Below are positions 1 to 9,309 of a stretch of DNA of 58,749 nucleotides, piece by piece. The notes beneath the pieces are model-generated. The model had not been told where the DNA came from. It made no database searches and saw nothing but the letters and a program-made list of their open reading frames with translations. The stretch lies in IMG/VR virus record IMGVR_UViG_3300030737_000018, positions 1 to 58,749 of that record, one strand, 5' to 3'. Each line of letters opens with the position of its first letter. Position 1 is the stretch's first letter. The stretch comes from a virus (lineage: Duplodnaviria; Caudoviricetes). A program made the translations under genes and the position numbers.

Positions 1-1
1 A

Positions 2-151
2 AAGGCAATTTTCGCCTACGGCGAAATTCGCTATAACGATATTTTCGGGCACCCATATTTCACTCGCTACAGATATTTTGTAGGCGGCGTGACGGGGCTG
101 CGCGCTGGCATGGAGCTTTCCGGACGCGACGATGGAAATGAAGCAACATAG
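2..151 (+). CDS. 3' end of a hypothetical protein, truncated by the window edge
   Basis: Open frame from position 2 reads KAIFAYGEIRYNDIFGHPYFTRYRYFVGG...DGNEAT-stop (TAG 149-151); resembles a C-terminal pattern I recall from proteobacterial hypothetical proteins. Confidence 0.5.
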   Translation, partial: KAIFAYGEIRYNDIFGHPYFTRYRYFVGGVTGLRAGMELSGRDDGNEAT

Positions 152-174
152 AAGAACGCCGGCCTGTCGTCTTG

Positions 175-204
175 AGCCTAACGGACGGCGTTTCGTAATG
201 TCAA
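175..204 (-). promoter_or_regulatory. possible sigma70 promoter facing left
   Basis: Minus strand TTGACA-18 nt-TAGGCT. Confidence 0.3.
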
Positions 205-291
205 GTTCGGGATAATCGCCTAAATTATGCGCCGCGTTTGCACCATCTAAGACGCATGTTGTGTGCATCGCGTAGAGATAAAAATTGAGGC

Positions 292-3213
292 TCATACTCC
301 CTCCTCCGGCGGCAGCGCCGCCACATCGTTTAACAGCGGATGCGCCATGTTAATGGTCCACGCCCGTGTGGGCGTATTCGGTAGCGATGTGCCGGACGCC
401 AGTCGCTTGGTAGTCTCACCCTGCGCCATGACCCCGGCCTCCAGCAGCCCGCGTTTGAGCCATGCCATGTCGATACTTTTGGGCAGGCAATACTGGCGTA
501 CGGCGGCGACGGACAGGTAGGCGGTGTGGATCGCGCCGCCGGTGGCTTCGAGGCGGTTCTTCACACTACGTACGAAGGTACTGGGCCCGTCGAGGTTGAC
601 GGTGCCTTCGCGGAAATACAGCGTGCCGTCCAGCGAGTCGTTGAAGTAGTCCGCCAGCACGGCGAGCGGGGAAGAGTGGGCGGCCTGGATCTCGACACGG
701 GCCTCGACGGTCTGGCCGGTCGCCCATGCGATCAGGTGGTCGATGTCGTAGTCGTGCAACCCCATCTGCTTGGTGATCTTGCCGCTGACCCGAAGCGTCG
801 CCAGCAGGGCGACCCAGAAGCGTTCATCGGTGGCCCGCGACTCCATCGCGTCGATCTGGGCCATGGCTTTCTCGACCGCCGACTGCACCGGCAGAATGTT
901 CTTGATCAGCCACTCCATGTAGCGCCGCCCGGCCAGCCCGTAGTTCTTGAGCAGGATAGCCGCTGCCTCGGTCATGCGCGGCTTGTGCGCGGGATCGCCC
1001 TTCTCGACATTGACTTCGTAGACGCGCATGGCCTCGGCAGTGTAGCCGGTGCGCGCTTCGGCCAGGCGGTTGTAGACGCTGGTGTTGGACGAGCAGGCCA
1101 CGATGGTGTCCCACTCGGTGTTGTTGGTCATGTTGGCGCCATTACGCCCCGCGCGCATCTTGCCCCGGCCGCCGGTGAGGTTGAGCACGAACTTGCCCAG
1201 CTTGTCCGGGTCCCACTTGGTCAGCTCATCGAAGGCGACCGGTATGCAGTTGAGATACCCCATCATGTTCTGCGAGGCGATCTCGGTGTCGTCCTTGGAG
1301 ATGCGCGACTCGCTCGGTTGCCCCCACACCGACGCCATGATCTTCAGCGCCGTGGACTTGCCCGCACCGCCGTGGCCGACCATGTTGAACAGCACGCCGC
1401 GGTACTCGGTCAGTGCCAGCAGCGGCGCGGCGAAGCCGAGCAGAATACACATCTGGAACGGCTCGCTGCCCTCCATGCCTTTGTAGACGTTGAACGCCTT
1501 TTTCCACTCCTCCAGATTCCCCGCACAGGCCACCGACGTTGCTGCCTGCTTGAGGTAAGGGGCGAACGTACCCGCGTTGAGCGGCGCGTCCTTGGAGATG
1601 TAGCCGTTACCCACGACGAAGGTCGGATGGTCGGAGAGAATATCGCGCCAGCCGAAGCGGGAGAACTCAATCTCTGCTGCTTTTTTCACCTGCATATCCC
1701 TCACGTAAGTCACCATGTATTTGGCGATCAACACCCCGCTGCCGTGCTCGGCGACGATCCCGTGCCCGGTCAGGTAGGTGCTGAGCTTCTTCTGCTCGGC
1801 CAGCAGCTCTGTAGGCATCTTGAATGTGCGCATGCCGTCTCTTGGCAGGTGCAGCTGGATCTCCAGCGACTCGGTCTCCACGTTCTCGGTGCGGTAGCGG
1901 CGTGTCGGGTACAGGTCGTAGTCGTAGACCTTCTGGATGAAGCTGGTCCAGCTGCCATCCTCTTCCTGCTTCTTGCTGCGTACGAACACGCCGCCGTCTT
2001 CGCCACGAAAGTAGGGCTCCGGCGGCACCGGGATGTGCACCGTCGCCTGCGTCACCGTACCCGCTTCATCGCGTACCGACGTCTCAATCGCCTTGGGCTC
2101 GGTAATGGGGCGTGACAGTCGTGCCGCTGCTGCTGGCGAGCGCACGTCACCCAGAAAGGGGCAGCCGTCGCAACCGGCCCGGTCGATGCTCTGGAAGCGC
2201 GTACAGGTCGTAGGGCCGGTCTGGCCGAACTGGGCCTGCTGGTATTTGCGCTCGGTATCGGCCGGGGTATATGCCGGATGCTTGCGCGAGAAGACGTGGG
2301 CGATCTTCGCCCCATTGATCGTAGTGCCTTGGGCGGTGTGAGTCACGAACGGCGCCAGTCCCAGCATGGCGTACCACGCTGGCTCGTCGGCGCTGTCCAT
2401 GCCCTTGAGATAGCGCGCGACCCAGTTGCAGTTCTTGACCAAGGAGGTCAGCGCGACCGGCTCCAGCTCCTCACGGGCTAGCTCCAGCGAGACGGACGGC
2501 ACCACAGAAGTATTTTGGCGTGCTGGTGTGGCACCGCCGTACACGCGCATCTGTTCGGCGAACTCGCCGAAGTCCAGAATGTCGTCGGACCACTGCTCGA
2601 TGGTGACGGGTCGTGAGGTGCCGACCTTGAGATTCAGAGTACCCGGTATACGTAGCAAACCCGCACTGTCCGCGATGCGGCTGCCGTCACCGGCGAGCTT
2701 GGGCTCGATCAGCAGTACGACGCGTTTGAACTTTTCCGCAACCGTTTTCCATTCGGCGCTCAGCACGCCTTCCATCATGGGCCAGTAGACGTGCAGTCCA
2801 TAGCCAGAGTTGACTACGATGGGTTCGGGTAATTGCAGTGCTTCGATCAGACGGCGCAGGCCGTCGCGCCCTTCGTCCTGCGAGGTGTAGAACTTCCCGG
2901 TCTCGTCGTCCGCATGCACGTCGATGTCCAGCACGAAGCAACGCGTATGCGAGGTATTGGTCTGGGTACGCGTGCGCAGGGTGCCACGGTCCATCACCTT
3001 GTCTTGGGCCAGCGTGGAGATGCAGAAGTAGCCATCCTGTGCCCGGAAGTCCGTCTCCTCCAGCGCGTCACAAAACAAGTCCACCGTGTCAGCGGTGCGG
3101 TGCCGCATCCCCCCTTGCCCCGGCCTTTTCAGGGCGAGACAGGGAAGCCCGCTGTGCGCGAGCACAGCGTGAAAGAATTGCCGCTGGGTGTGATCCACGC
3201 CCCGCCCCCTCAA
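292..3213 (-). CDS. primase-helicase (N-terminal AEP-like primase, Cys-rich segment, DUF927-like region, C-terminal P-loop helicase)
   Basis: 973 aa; LDID and SGYGLHVYW primase motifs; TTC...GCDGC Cys cluster; FGW motif; Walker A GHGGAGKST; Walker B VAFDE. Confidence 0.85.
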   Translation of the reverse strand: MRGRGVDHTQRQFFHAVLAHSGLPCLALKRPGQGGMRHRTADTVDLFCDALEETDFRAQDGYFCISTLAQDKVMDRGTLRTRTQTNTSHTRCFVLDIDVHADDETGKFYTSQDEGRDGLRRLIEALQLPEPIVVNSGYGLHVYWPMMEGVLSAEWKTVAEKFKRVVLLIEPKLAGDGSRIADSAGLLRIPGTLNLKVGTSRPVTIEQWSDDILDFGEFAEQMRVYGGATPARQNTSVVPSVSLELAREELEPVALTSLVKNCNWVARYLKGMDSADEPAWYAMLGLAPFVTHTAQGTTINGAKIAHVFSRKHPAYTPADTERKYQQAQFGQTGPTTCTRFQSIDRAGCDGCPFLGDVRSPAAAARLSRPITEPKAIETSVRDEAGTVTQATVHIPVPPEPYFRGEDGGVFVRSKKQEEDGSWTSFIQKVYDYDLYPTRRYRTENVETESLEIQLHLPRDGMRTFKMPTELLAEQKKLSTYLTGHGIVAEHGSGVLIAKYMVTYVRDMQVKKAAEIEFSRFGWRDILSDHPTFVVGNGYISKDAPLNAGTFAPYLKQAATSVACAGNLEEWKKAFNVYKGMEGSEPFQMCILLGFAAPLLALTEYRGVLFNMVGHGGAGKSTALKIMASVWGQPSESRISKDDTEIASQNMMGYLNCIPVAFDELTKWDPDKLGKFVLNLTGGRGKMRAGRNGANMTNNTEWDTIVACSSNTSVYNRLAEARTGYTAEAMRVYEVNVEKGDPAHKPRMTEAAAILLKNYGLAGRRYMEWLIKNILPVQSAVEKAMAQIDAMESRATDERFWVALLATLRVSGKITKQMGLHDYDIDHLIAWATGQTVEARVEIQAAHSSPLAVLADYFNDSLDGTLYFREGTVNLDGPSTFVRSVKNRLEATGGAIHTAYLSVAAVRQYCLPKSIDMAWLKRGLLEAGVMAQGETTKRLASGTSLPNTPTRAWTINMAHPLLNDVAALPPEEGV

Positions 3214-3482
3214 GAGTTGTCGGTGAACAGCCTTTGCAGTCGCTCCGCCTTGTCCTTACGGGGCGTGCCACGGTCGAAGGGGAGCTGACCTTCCGCGATC
3301 AGCTCCTCCAGGCGATCGAGCCGTTCTTCCAGCATGGTGCGGGTCATGCCGAGGGGATTGGAGTCATCCTCGCGCAGCAGGCGAGCGATGGTCGTGAAGT
3401 GGCACCCGGTGACGGCGGCGAACTGACGGGCCGAGAGATGTGCCGTCCGCAGTCCGGTGGCCATGCGCTCGCTGATGGTCAT
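3210..3482 (-). CDS. helix-turn-helix DNA-binding protein (Cro/Xre-like)
   Basis: LSARQFAAVTGCHFTTIARLL HTH pattern; 4-nt overlaps with neighbouring genes. Confidence 0.65.
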   Translation of the reverse strand: MTISERMATGLRTAHLSARQFAAVTGCHFTTIARLLREDDSNPLGMTRTMLEERLDRLEELIAEGQLPFDRGTPRKDKAERLQRLFTDNS

Positions 3483-3775
3483 GCGAGACTCGGCTCGTTT
3501 TCAAGTAGCCACAAAAGTGCCGCCAGTTCGTGCTCCATGATGAACTTCCGCTTCTCAAACTCCTCGAATATAGAGGTCAGGTCTTCGCCTTTTTCTCCGC
3601 GTGCTTGCTGGGCTACCTGCCTGTGGCCCATGACTTCCAAGCCTTCTCTAGTGCGCTCAAATGCACTCCGCGCTTCTTTATAGCTACGCAGGCCTGTGCG
3701 CAAGCAGGATAAAAAACAAGACTGCGCAGTGGAGTCCAGTGCTACGCCTGCTGTCCCATGATGATTGGTGTTCAT
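3479..3775 (-). CDS. hypothetical protein
   Basis: 98-aa ORF, GGGAG RBS, ATGA overlap with the downstream gene. Confidence 0.6.
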   Translation of the reverse strand: MNTNHHGTAGVALDSTAQSCFLSCLRTGLRSYKEARSAFERTREGLEVMGHRQVAQQARGEKGEDLTSIFEEFEKRKFIMEHELAALLWLLENEPSLA

Positions 3776-3795
3776 GATCTACTCCCGAAATTAAG

Positions 3796-4866
3796 TTAGA
3801 GGTCCAGCCCCGCCAGCAGGTCGTCCAGCTCCGAGTCATTACCGACCTCGTGAACCACCGGTGCTGCCTTGGGTGCTGCCTTGGGTGCTGCTGCGGCAAC
3901 CGGCTTGGGAGCAGCCACTGGCGCAGCCTTCTGCGGTGCCGGCTTGGCGACAGGTTTCGGAGCGGCCTTCTGCACGACGGGCGGGGCTTCTTCCTCTACC
4001 TCTTCTTCTTCCTCGACCACCAGTGCCGGCTTCGGAGCGGCCTTGGGCTTGGGTGCCTGGGCTTTCGGTGCAGCGGCTGCCGGCGGGGCTTCATCTTCCA
4101 CGCTCGTCTCGCCGCTGATATCCACGGTCTTCATGGACACTTCGCGGTACTGCTCCAACATCTCCTGGTCAAGACCATTGATGACCTCGACGTCCTGTTC
4201 GCTGATGTGGCGCATGGGACGGAACAGGAGCTTGGGCACGGAGGAGTCCGTGTCGAACGACAGGCGAGTGACAATGGCGCCGGCGTCCATGTGGCGGCTC
4301 TTGAGCGCCTTGCTGTAGTCGTCGAGGTTGTACTGCTGCTGCTTCTCGTGCGACGGGCCCCAGATGCCGCCACCGGTGACGTCCAGACGATAGATGGTGC
4401 CCGACTCGTCCTGCGCCCGGATGACCGCGATGCGGCGGAAATAGGAGCAGGCTTTGGCCTTGGCGCCGTCCTCGGAGATCTTGCTGCCCTTGACGTTCTG
4501 CGGGCACTGGTCGCAGTTCGCGTGCTGCTTGTGCACGACGTCTTCCGCCGGCTTGACGCCATCCACGCTGTAGCAGGTCGGCGGTGCGTTCTTGGCATCA
4601 GCGCCTTTCTGATAGGCCCCTTCGTAGAACCGGCGCGACACTTTCGGCTGCACCTTGACGAAGATCACGTCCAGGAAGTTCTCGTCCCACACGCCTTCCT
4701 CGATGCCGCGCACGACTTGACGAAAGCGGCAGCCCTTGGTGCCGATGCGATTGAGCGATTCAAAGCTGGACGAGGCCAGCTCTTCGGTGAGGCCCGAGCT
4801 ATAGCCCTGCAGATGCGCAGGCAGCTGGTCGGAGGGTTGTTCAAACAACGACAATTCTTTGGCCAC
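3796..4866 (-). CDS. putative single-stranded DNA-binding/annealing protein with 4-Cys motif
   Basis: PTCYS..DG, CDQCPQN..GS and KAC motifs; Ala/Pro/Lys linker; acidic tail DDLLAGLDL; located in the replication module. Confidence 0.6.
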   Translation of the reverse strand: MAKELSLFEQPSDQLPAHLQGYSSGLTEELASSSFESLNRIGTKGCRFRQVVRGIEEGVWDENFLDVIFVKVQPKVSRRFYEGAYQKGADAKNAPPTCYSVDGVKPAEDVVHKQHANCDQCPQNVKGSKISEDGAKAKACSYFRRIAVIRAQDESGTIYRLDVTGGGIWGPSHEKQQQYNLDDYSKALKSRHMDAGAIVTRLSFDTDSSVPKLLFRPMRHISEQDVEVINGLDQEMLEQYREVSMKTVDISGETSVEDEAPPAAAAPKAQAPKPKAAPKPALVVEEEEEVEEEAPPVVQKAAPKPVAKPAPQKAAPVAAPKPVAAAAPKAAPKAAPVVHEVGNDSELDDLLAGLDL

Positions 4867-4887
4867 GGGTATTTCCTCGGGTTGTGA

Positions 4888-5130
4888 TTAAGCGGCGGAT
4901 GCTTCAGTGGTATGGGTAAGGAGCATTCCTTTCCCGGCAAAACCCTCGCTCGGCTCGATACCCTCTTTGTGGCATTCGTGGTCGTTACGAATGGCTTTCG
5001 GCAGCTCTTCGCCAGCCAAATACTGCAGGGCCTCGGCGATGGCTCCGGCGTGGCCTACCTTCATCGCGCTGAAATTCTTGGTGCGGTAATTGCCGAAGCT
5101 ACCCTGCAGCGTAATCGTGATCATGCCCAT
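4888..5130 (-). CDS. hypothetical protein
   Basis: 80-aa ORF with AGGAG RBS. Confidence 0.6.
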   Translation of the reverse strand: MGMITITLQGSFGNYRTKNFSAMKVGHAGAIAEALQYLAGEELPKAIRNDHECHKEGIEPSEGFAGKGMLLTHTTEASAA

Positions 5131-5184
5131 ATTTGTTCTCCTGTGTTTATAACGGCGGTGCGTAAGTGCGTATGGCCCGCAGGG

Positions 5185-5574
5185 CTACGCGCGGCGAACC
5201 ACGACTTTGTATTCGTTGAACAGCGTCACGGCCGGCGGCGGATCGTTGCCCTCGGCGATGTAATCCTTGATAGCTTTGCTGGAGAGGCGCTTCTCCATGA
5301 AGTCGAAGCGGCCAATTTCGGCCATGAACGGCCAGAAGGCCAGCCAGTCGCCGCACGACACTTTCGTATCCACCTGCCGGAACGCGGTGCCTGCGCCGGA
5401 CTTGAAGGAGTCGCTGCCGACCTCCTCGAACTTGCCCAACAGCCACGCTTCGAGCTTGGCCTGTTTCTCTTTCAGCTCGCCGTCTTCGGCGTCGTAGGAC
5501 TTCTTCAGCTCACCGCGTTTGTCGCGCAAGGCGACGTAGGCTTCGATGATGCGATCAGCGGTAATGTCCGCCAT
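5185..5574 (-). CDS. conserved phage replication-module protein with N-terminal coiled coil
   Basis: 129 aa; DW..FW.F and EKRLS motifs typical of genes next to phage SSB/helicase; GGGAG RBS. Confidence 0.65.
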   Translation of the reverse strand: MADITADRIIEAYVALRDKRGELKKSYDAEDGELKEKQAKLEAWLLGKFEEVGSDSFKSGAGTAFRQVDTKVSCGDWLAFWPFMAEIGRFDFMEKRLSSKAIKDYIAEGNDPPPAVTLFNEYKVVVRRA

Positions 5575-5618
5575 GGTTTGACTCCCGGTAGATGTCGGCC
5601 CGTCACCGACGATTTGTT

Positions 5619-5730
5619 GAGTTGGGCCAGTGCTGCTTCTCTGGCATGGTGCCTACGAATAGTTCAGTCGCCTACCCCCTCGCTTGGCACCGTGGGCGCT
5701 CACTGCGGATCAGCCTCCGCATTCCAACTC
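5619..5730 (-). ncRNA. candidate structured RNA: four-way junction with kissing loops
   Basis: Four perfect stems in a 172-nt intergenic gap: 5619-25/5724-30, 5626-30/5641-45, 5648-53/5686-91, 5704-09/5716-21; loops GGCUGA and AGAAGCAGCA are complementary (GCUG/CAGC). Confidence 0.6.
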
Positions 5731-5746
5731 GTAGCACATGCTACAG

Positions 5747-7312
5747 TTAAGAAACCTGCCCGTCAAGCAGTTTGTGATAGAGACTGAGCAACTCGCTCTG
5801 CAACGACGCCTTGGTCTGCAGCACCTTGTAGATGGCCCACTCGAACGGATGCGCGCCGATGTGGGTGACGGTGCACGGCTCGGTCTGGCCCTTGCGGTCG
5901 ATACGTGCGTTGGCCTGCTCGTACTGCTCGATGGAGTAGATCGGCGCGTACCAGATGATGTTTGAAGCCGCTGTCAGCGTCAGGCCATGCGCGGTGGTCG
6001 CTGGGTGTGCCAGCAGCACGCGCGGCCCGCTCGGGTCGTTCTGGAAGGCATGGAAAATGGCGGAGCGATCATGGGCGTTCACCGAGCCGTTGACCAAGGC
6101 GACACTGTACTTCTCGCCGATCACCTGCAGCAGCCGCTGCATGACGAAAATGAAGGGGGCGAAGACGATGACCTTGCCCTCGATCTCCTCCAACAGCTCC
6201 ATCAGCAGCTCGATGCGCGGCTTGTCGTCCAGCACCACCGGATCGCCCATGTCGTCTTTCACGATCCCACAGCAGATCTGCTGCAGCTTCAGCACGCGCA
6301 CCGCGGCATTGGCGGCGGTCACCGTCACCTCGTCGGTCTCGTGGCGCATCGACTTGCGCATGGTTTCGAACATCTTGTGCTGCTCCGCACTCAGCTCGCA
6401 GTAGCGGTTCGTGTACGTCACCGCGGGCAGGTCCAGGCAGTCGGCCTTTTTGAAGCGCACCGCCGGCTGCATGGCTGTCCAGACGATCTCCTTGTGGCCC
6501 TCCTTGGGCACCCACTTGTACGGCCCGGCCTGGCGCATCACGGTCATCTGGAACAGCTTGAAACTGTTGGGTACATTCTGCGGGGACACCAAGCGCACCA
6601 TCGCCCACGCATCGGTCGGCGCGTTCGGGATCGGCGTGCCAGTCATCATCCATAGCCGTGTCTCGGCCTTGATCAGTCCCTTGAGTGCCTTGTAGCGTTG
6701 CGTCTGCGCGTTGCGGTAGGTGCTGGCCTCGTCCACGATGATGAGATCGAACTTGTCCTTCATCGCATCCTTCAGCCCCGTGAGGCCGTCGAAGTTGATG
6801 AGCACGATCGGGTCGTCGTTGCCCAGCACGTTAAGCCGCTTGGCCCGCGTACCCGTCATGACGCCGATAGAGAGATGCGGTGTCGTGGTGAAGCCTTCAT
6901 CGACCCAGACTTTGGTCACGCTCAGCGGGCAGATGATAAGTGTTCGCCCCACGAAGCCACGCTGACGCAGATAGTCCAGCGCCCACAATGCTGCAGAGCT
7001 CTTCCCGGTCCCGAGGTCATTGAGTACAAACGCCCGGCGGTTCAGCGTCAGAAACTCGGCCGTCTCCACCTGGTGGCTCATCGGCGTGTAGCGGCCGGCG
7101 AACGTAAAGCCGTCGTAGAGCATCGGGCTCGGTGCATCCAACCCCATGCTCCTTAGCACACAGACTTCGTCGAGTGCGTGTTTGACGGCGACAATCAGCT
7201 TGCCCTTGTACTGCAGTGCCTTGCTGCGCGGGATCAGGTCAGTGATCGGTGCAGCGTCGTTGACCTGCATCAGCATCGCGCCGTTACGGATTAACACGCA
7301 TGAAGTCCTCAA
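5747..7312 (-). CDS. SNF2/DEAD-like superfamily 2 helicase (true start possibly ATG 7276)
   Basis: Motif I DLGTGKS, II DEAS, III TGTP, V HGLTLT, VI QANARIDRKGQ. Confidence 0.9.
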   Translation of the reverse strand: MRTSCVLIRNGAMLMQVNDAAPITDLIPRSKALQYKGKLIVAVKHALDEVCVLRSMGLDAPSPMLYDGFTFAGRYTPMSHQVETAEFLTLNRRAFVLNDLGTGKSSAALWALDYLRQRGFVGRTLIICPLSVTKVWVDEGFTTTPHLSIGVMTGTRAKRLNVLGNDDPIVLINFDGLTGLKDAMKDKFDLIIVDEASTYRNAQTQRYKALKGLIKAETRLWMMTGTPIPNAPTDAWAMVRLVSPQNVPNSFKLFQMTVMRQAGPYKWVPKEGHKEIVWTAMQPAVRFKKADCLDLPAVTYTNRYCELSAEQHKMFETMRKSMRHETDEVTVTAANAAVRVLKLQQICCGIVKDDMGDPVVLDDKPRIELLMELLEEIEGKVIVFAPFIFVMQRLLQVIGEKYSVALVNGSVNAHDRSAIFHAFQNDPSGPRVLLAHPATTAHGLTLTAASNIIWYAPIYSIEQYEQANARIDRKGQTEPCTVTHIGAHPFEWAIYKVLQTKASLQSELLSLYHKLLDGQVS

Positions 7313-7607
7313 GTTCGGCTAAGTTGTTCTCATTGATGACTAGACAAACGCCGCCCGCTTTCTGGATGTCTTTCATCTGGCCCAACTGGAGGTCGGAAGG
7401 TTTGCCCTTCCCCGCTTTGGCCTCAATAGTGAAGAAGGTAACTTCTTTATATTCGGACTGGTAGCAGCATACATAGTCAGGCACGCCGTTCTTGCCGAAC
7501 ATGCTGCCCGCTGTCTTGGTGTACCAGAGCCGCCCACTGGCCTTGTACGGCTTCAGGATCGCGTCGATCTTGGCTTTGACTTTGCCTTCGGGGGTGCTGG
7601 CGGTCAT
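7284..7607 (-). CDS. VRR-NUC family nuclease
   Basis: TPEGKVK start; GVPD; IEAKAGKGKPSDLQ; GG..LVINE. Confidence 0.85.
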   Translation of the reverse strand: MTASTPEGKVKAKIDAILKPYKASGRLWYTKTAGSMFGKNGVPDYVCCYQSEYKEVTFFTIEAKAGKGKPSDLQLGQMKDIQKAGGVCLVINENNLAELEDFMRVNP

Positions 7608-7717
7608 AGCGACGCCATCCAAAGCATTAACTCGGCGAGACACGTAAGGGGAATAGCCGTGAGCAGGACCAGAAGAGGGAGCGACTGCATATCACGCCAA
7701 ACGGGGTTTATCTTCAC
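7604..7717 (-). CDS. small membrane peptide (37 aa)
   Basis: GTG start overlaps the upstream stop and ATGA overlaps the downstream start; hydrophobic LPLLVLLTAIPLTCLAELMLW. Confidence 0.5.
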   Translation of the reverse strand: MKINPVWRDMQSLPLLVLLTAIPLTCLAELMLWMASL

Positions 7718-8214
7718 AGCTTCTTCTCCAGATACTCGCGGTACGGTACTTTCTTCCCATCGACCCAGAAGCTCCAGTCGCCTTGGTATTTCCACGTAAA
7801 GAAGAGAGTCCATACGCCGCCGGGCGATACCTCGGTGACAGTGTGGTACTCGTTGAATTTGAGCGTAGCGGTGTCGCCGACTGAACGCGTTCTCGTTAGC
7901 GCAATGGTCTGGTCAGGATGCAAGCAACGAAGCTTTGTGTGCCAACCCTTCAAAATGATTGTCCGTGCATCCCACGGGTGATCGTGCGGCACCCGATCGA
8001 AGTCCTTGCGCAGGATGTGATGTACCCGCACCGATGGCAGCCACTCGAAGGTCTTGTGCATCTGGCCGTCCAAACCTTTGCGGTAGCTGTTGAACAGCCA
8101 CCACCGGTTCATGTAGCCGTCGATGTGCACGTAGGGTGTTTTCTTGGCCCGACGGATCAGCCAGTCGGCGATGGGCGGACGCAAGGCAATCCACGCAATG
8201 AGGTTCCAGATCAT
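7714..8214 (-). CDS. cupin-fold (HDHPW) phage protein
   Basis: RVHHILRKD..RVPHDHPW and distal EYHTV; W.F.V C-terminus. Confidence 0.65.
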   Translation of the reverse strand: MIWNLIAWIALRPPIADWLIRRAKKTPYVHIDGYMNRWWLFNSYRKGLDGQMHKTFEWLPSVRVHHILRKDFDRVPHDHPWDARTIILKGWHTKLRCLHPDQTIALTRTRSVGDTATLKFNEYHTVTEVSPGGVWTLFFTWKYQGDWSFWVDGKKVPYREYLEKKL

Positions 8215-8402
8215 TCCTCTTCTCCTATCCCGTCGCCTACGCTGTCCAACAGATCTTGCAGGTACTCTTTCTCGCCCACGTAGCGAGACACGATCTGTTT
8301 CATTTGCTTCTTGGTGAACTGCTCCGGGTTGGCCAGCAGCCGCGTTTGGTCTCGCACCGCAGCCTCGAAGTTTTCGATCGCTGCGCAGTATTCGCTGTTC
8401 AT
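8211..8402 (-). CDS. hypothetical protein
   Basis: ATGA-coupled 63-aa ORF (MNSEYCAA...). Confidence 0.55.
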   Translation of the reverse strand: MNSEYCAAIENFEAAVRDQTRLLANPEQFTKKQMKQIVSRYVGEKEYLQDLLDSVGDGIGEEE

Positions 8403-8692
8403 GACGTTACCCCCGTGCCGCCGCATTTCATGCACATAACGATTTCGTCGCCTGTCTCGTCATCAGCGTGTTCGCCATATCCGCCGCAATCAGAGCACGT
8501 CGTTGTAGGCTTCACCCACACCTGCTGCCCGTCCCATGTGCCCAGACACTGGAGCACGTCTTTCTCCACCAGTCTCGCGGCCGCGTTGCGCAGCGGCAGG
8601 CACAGCACACAGCCCAGCTTGCCGACGTAGCGCCCGTCGCTCTCCACGATCGCCAGCACCTTGGCTTCGATCAGTTCGTCAATGGCTTTCAT
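8399..8692 (-). CDS. hypothetical protein with CxxCxGxG zinc-finger-like motifs
   Basis: CSDCGGYG and CMKCGGTG. Confidence 0.6.
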   Translation of the reverse strand: MKAIDELIEAKVLAIVESDGRYVGKLGCVLCLPLRNAAARLVEKDVLQCLGTWDGQQVWVKPTTTCSDCGGYGEHADDETGDEIVMCMKCGGTGVTS

Positions 8693-8861
8693 GCATTTCT
8701 TCCTTCGGCGGCGTCCATCCTAGCGCGATGAGTGCTTCGCGCACCTGAGCATCTCGCGTGCGGATAACCTGCTCCATGATCGAGCCCATGATGTCGGTTG
8801 TCTGGACAATCCGCCCGTCTTTGAAAATATCAGTCTTGATGTCGATGCTGTTGCACTTCAC
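8679..8861 (-). CDS. hypothetical protein
   Basis: GTG start overlaps the upstream stop; ends REALIALGWTPP. Confidence 0.55.
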   Translation of the reverse strand: MKCNSIDIKTDIFKDGRIVQTTDIMGSIMEQVIRTRDAQVREALIALGWTPPKEEMHESH

Positions 8862-9112
8862 TTCGTCACCTCCACCGCGTTCTTGATATCTCCCTTGAAC
8901 ACCTCGGTGAACACTGGCAGCCCCGACGGCTCGACGTTCTTCAGGAACACCGCATTCTCCATCAGATAGTTCTTGCCGTCCTTGCTCATCGACCACACGA
9001 AGCTCGTCGAGCCGTTGCCGTTCAAGCGCGTGCCGAACAGGTTGCCGGTGTAGCCTTCGGCTTGTAGCGCCGCGGTGCCGGCGGCTTGGATCTGGGCGAT
9101 AGTGACGGTCAT
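8858..9112 (-). CDS. hypothetical protein
   Basis: 84-aa ORF coupled to both neighbours. Confidence 0.6.
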   Translation of the reverse strand: MTVTIAQIQAAGTAALQAEGYTGNLFGTRLNGNGSTSFVWSMSKDGKNYLMENAVFLKNVEPSGLPVFTEVFKGDIKNAVEVTK

Positions 9113-9309
9113 GATATAGCCTCGGCTCTAGCAAATTTTATTTCGCGATACTCACCATCAACGAGGCAGTATAGCGGGCCAGCGGCAATAGCCTTGGCAA
9201 CACACGCATCATAGCCTGCGACAATGCACATGGCGCCGTACCGTTCAAAAGCCGTGGGGTCTGCCGTGATTAAACTGACTGCCGTAAGTAGCTCTTCGGG
9301 GCTCATCAT
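9109..9309 (-). CDS. hypothetical protein
   Basis: 66-aa ORF (MMSPEELL...) with ATGA overlaps. Confidence 0.5.
   Translation of the reverse strand: MMSPEELLTAVSLITADPTAFERYGAMCIVAGYDACVAKAIAAGPLYCLVDGEYREIKFARAEAIS

Noticed and set aside
526-2115. Long antisense ORFs (also 3850-4887, 26524-28044, 37669-38751, 52480-53604, 53851-55017 and others)
   Set aside because: They lie opposite well-supported genes and lack motifs or RBS; expected shadows of high-GC codon bias
3860-4090. Short tandem repeats (GGTGCTGCCTTG x2 and similar)
   Set aside because: They encode the AAPK linker of the SSB-like protein
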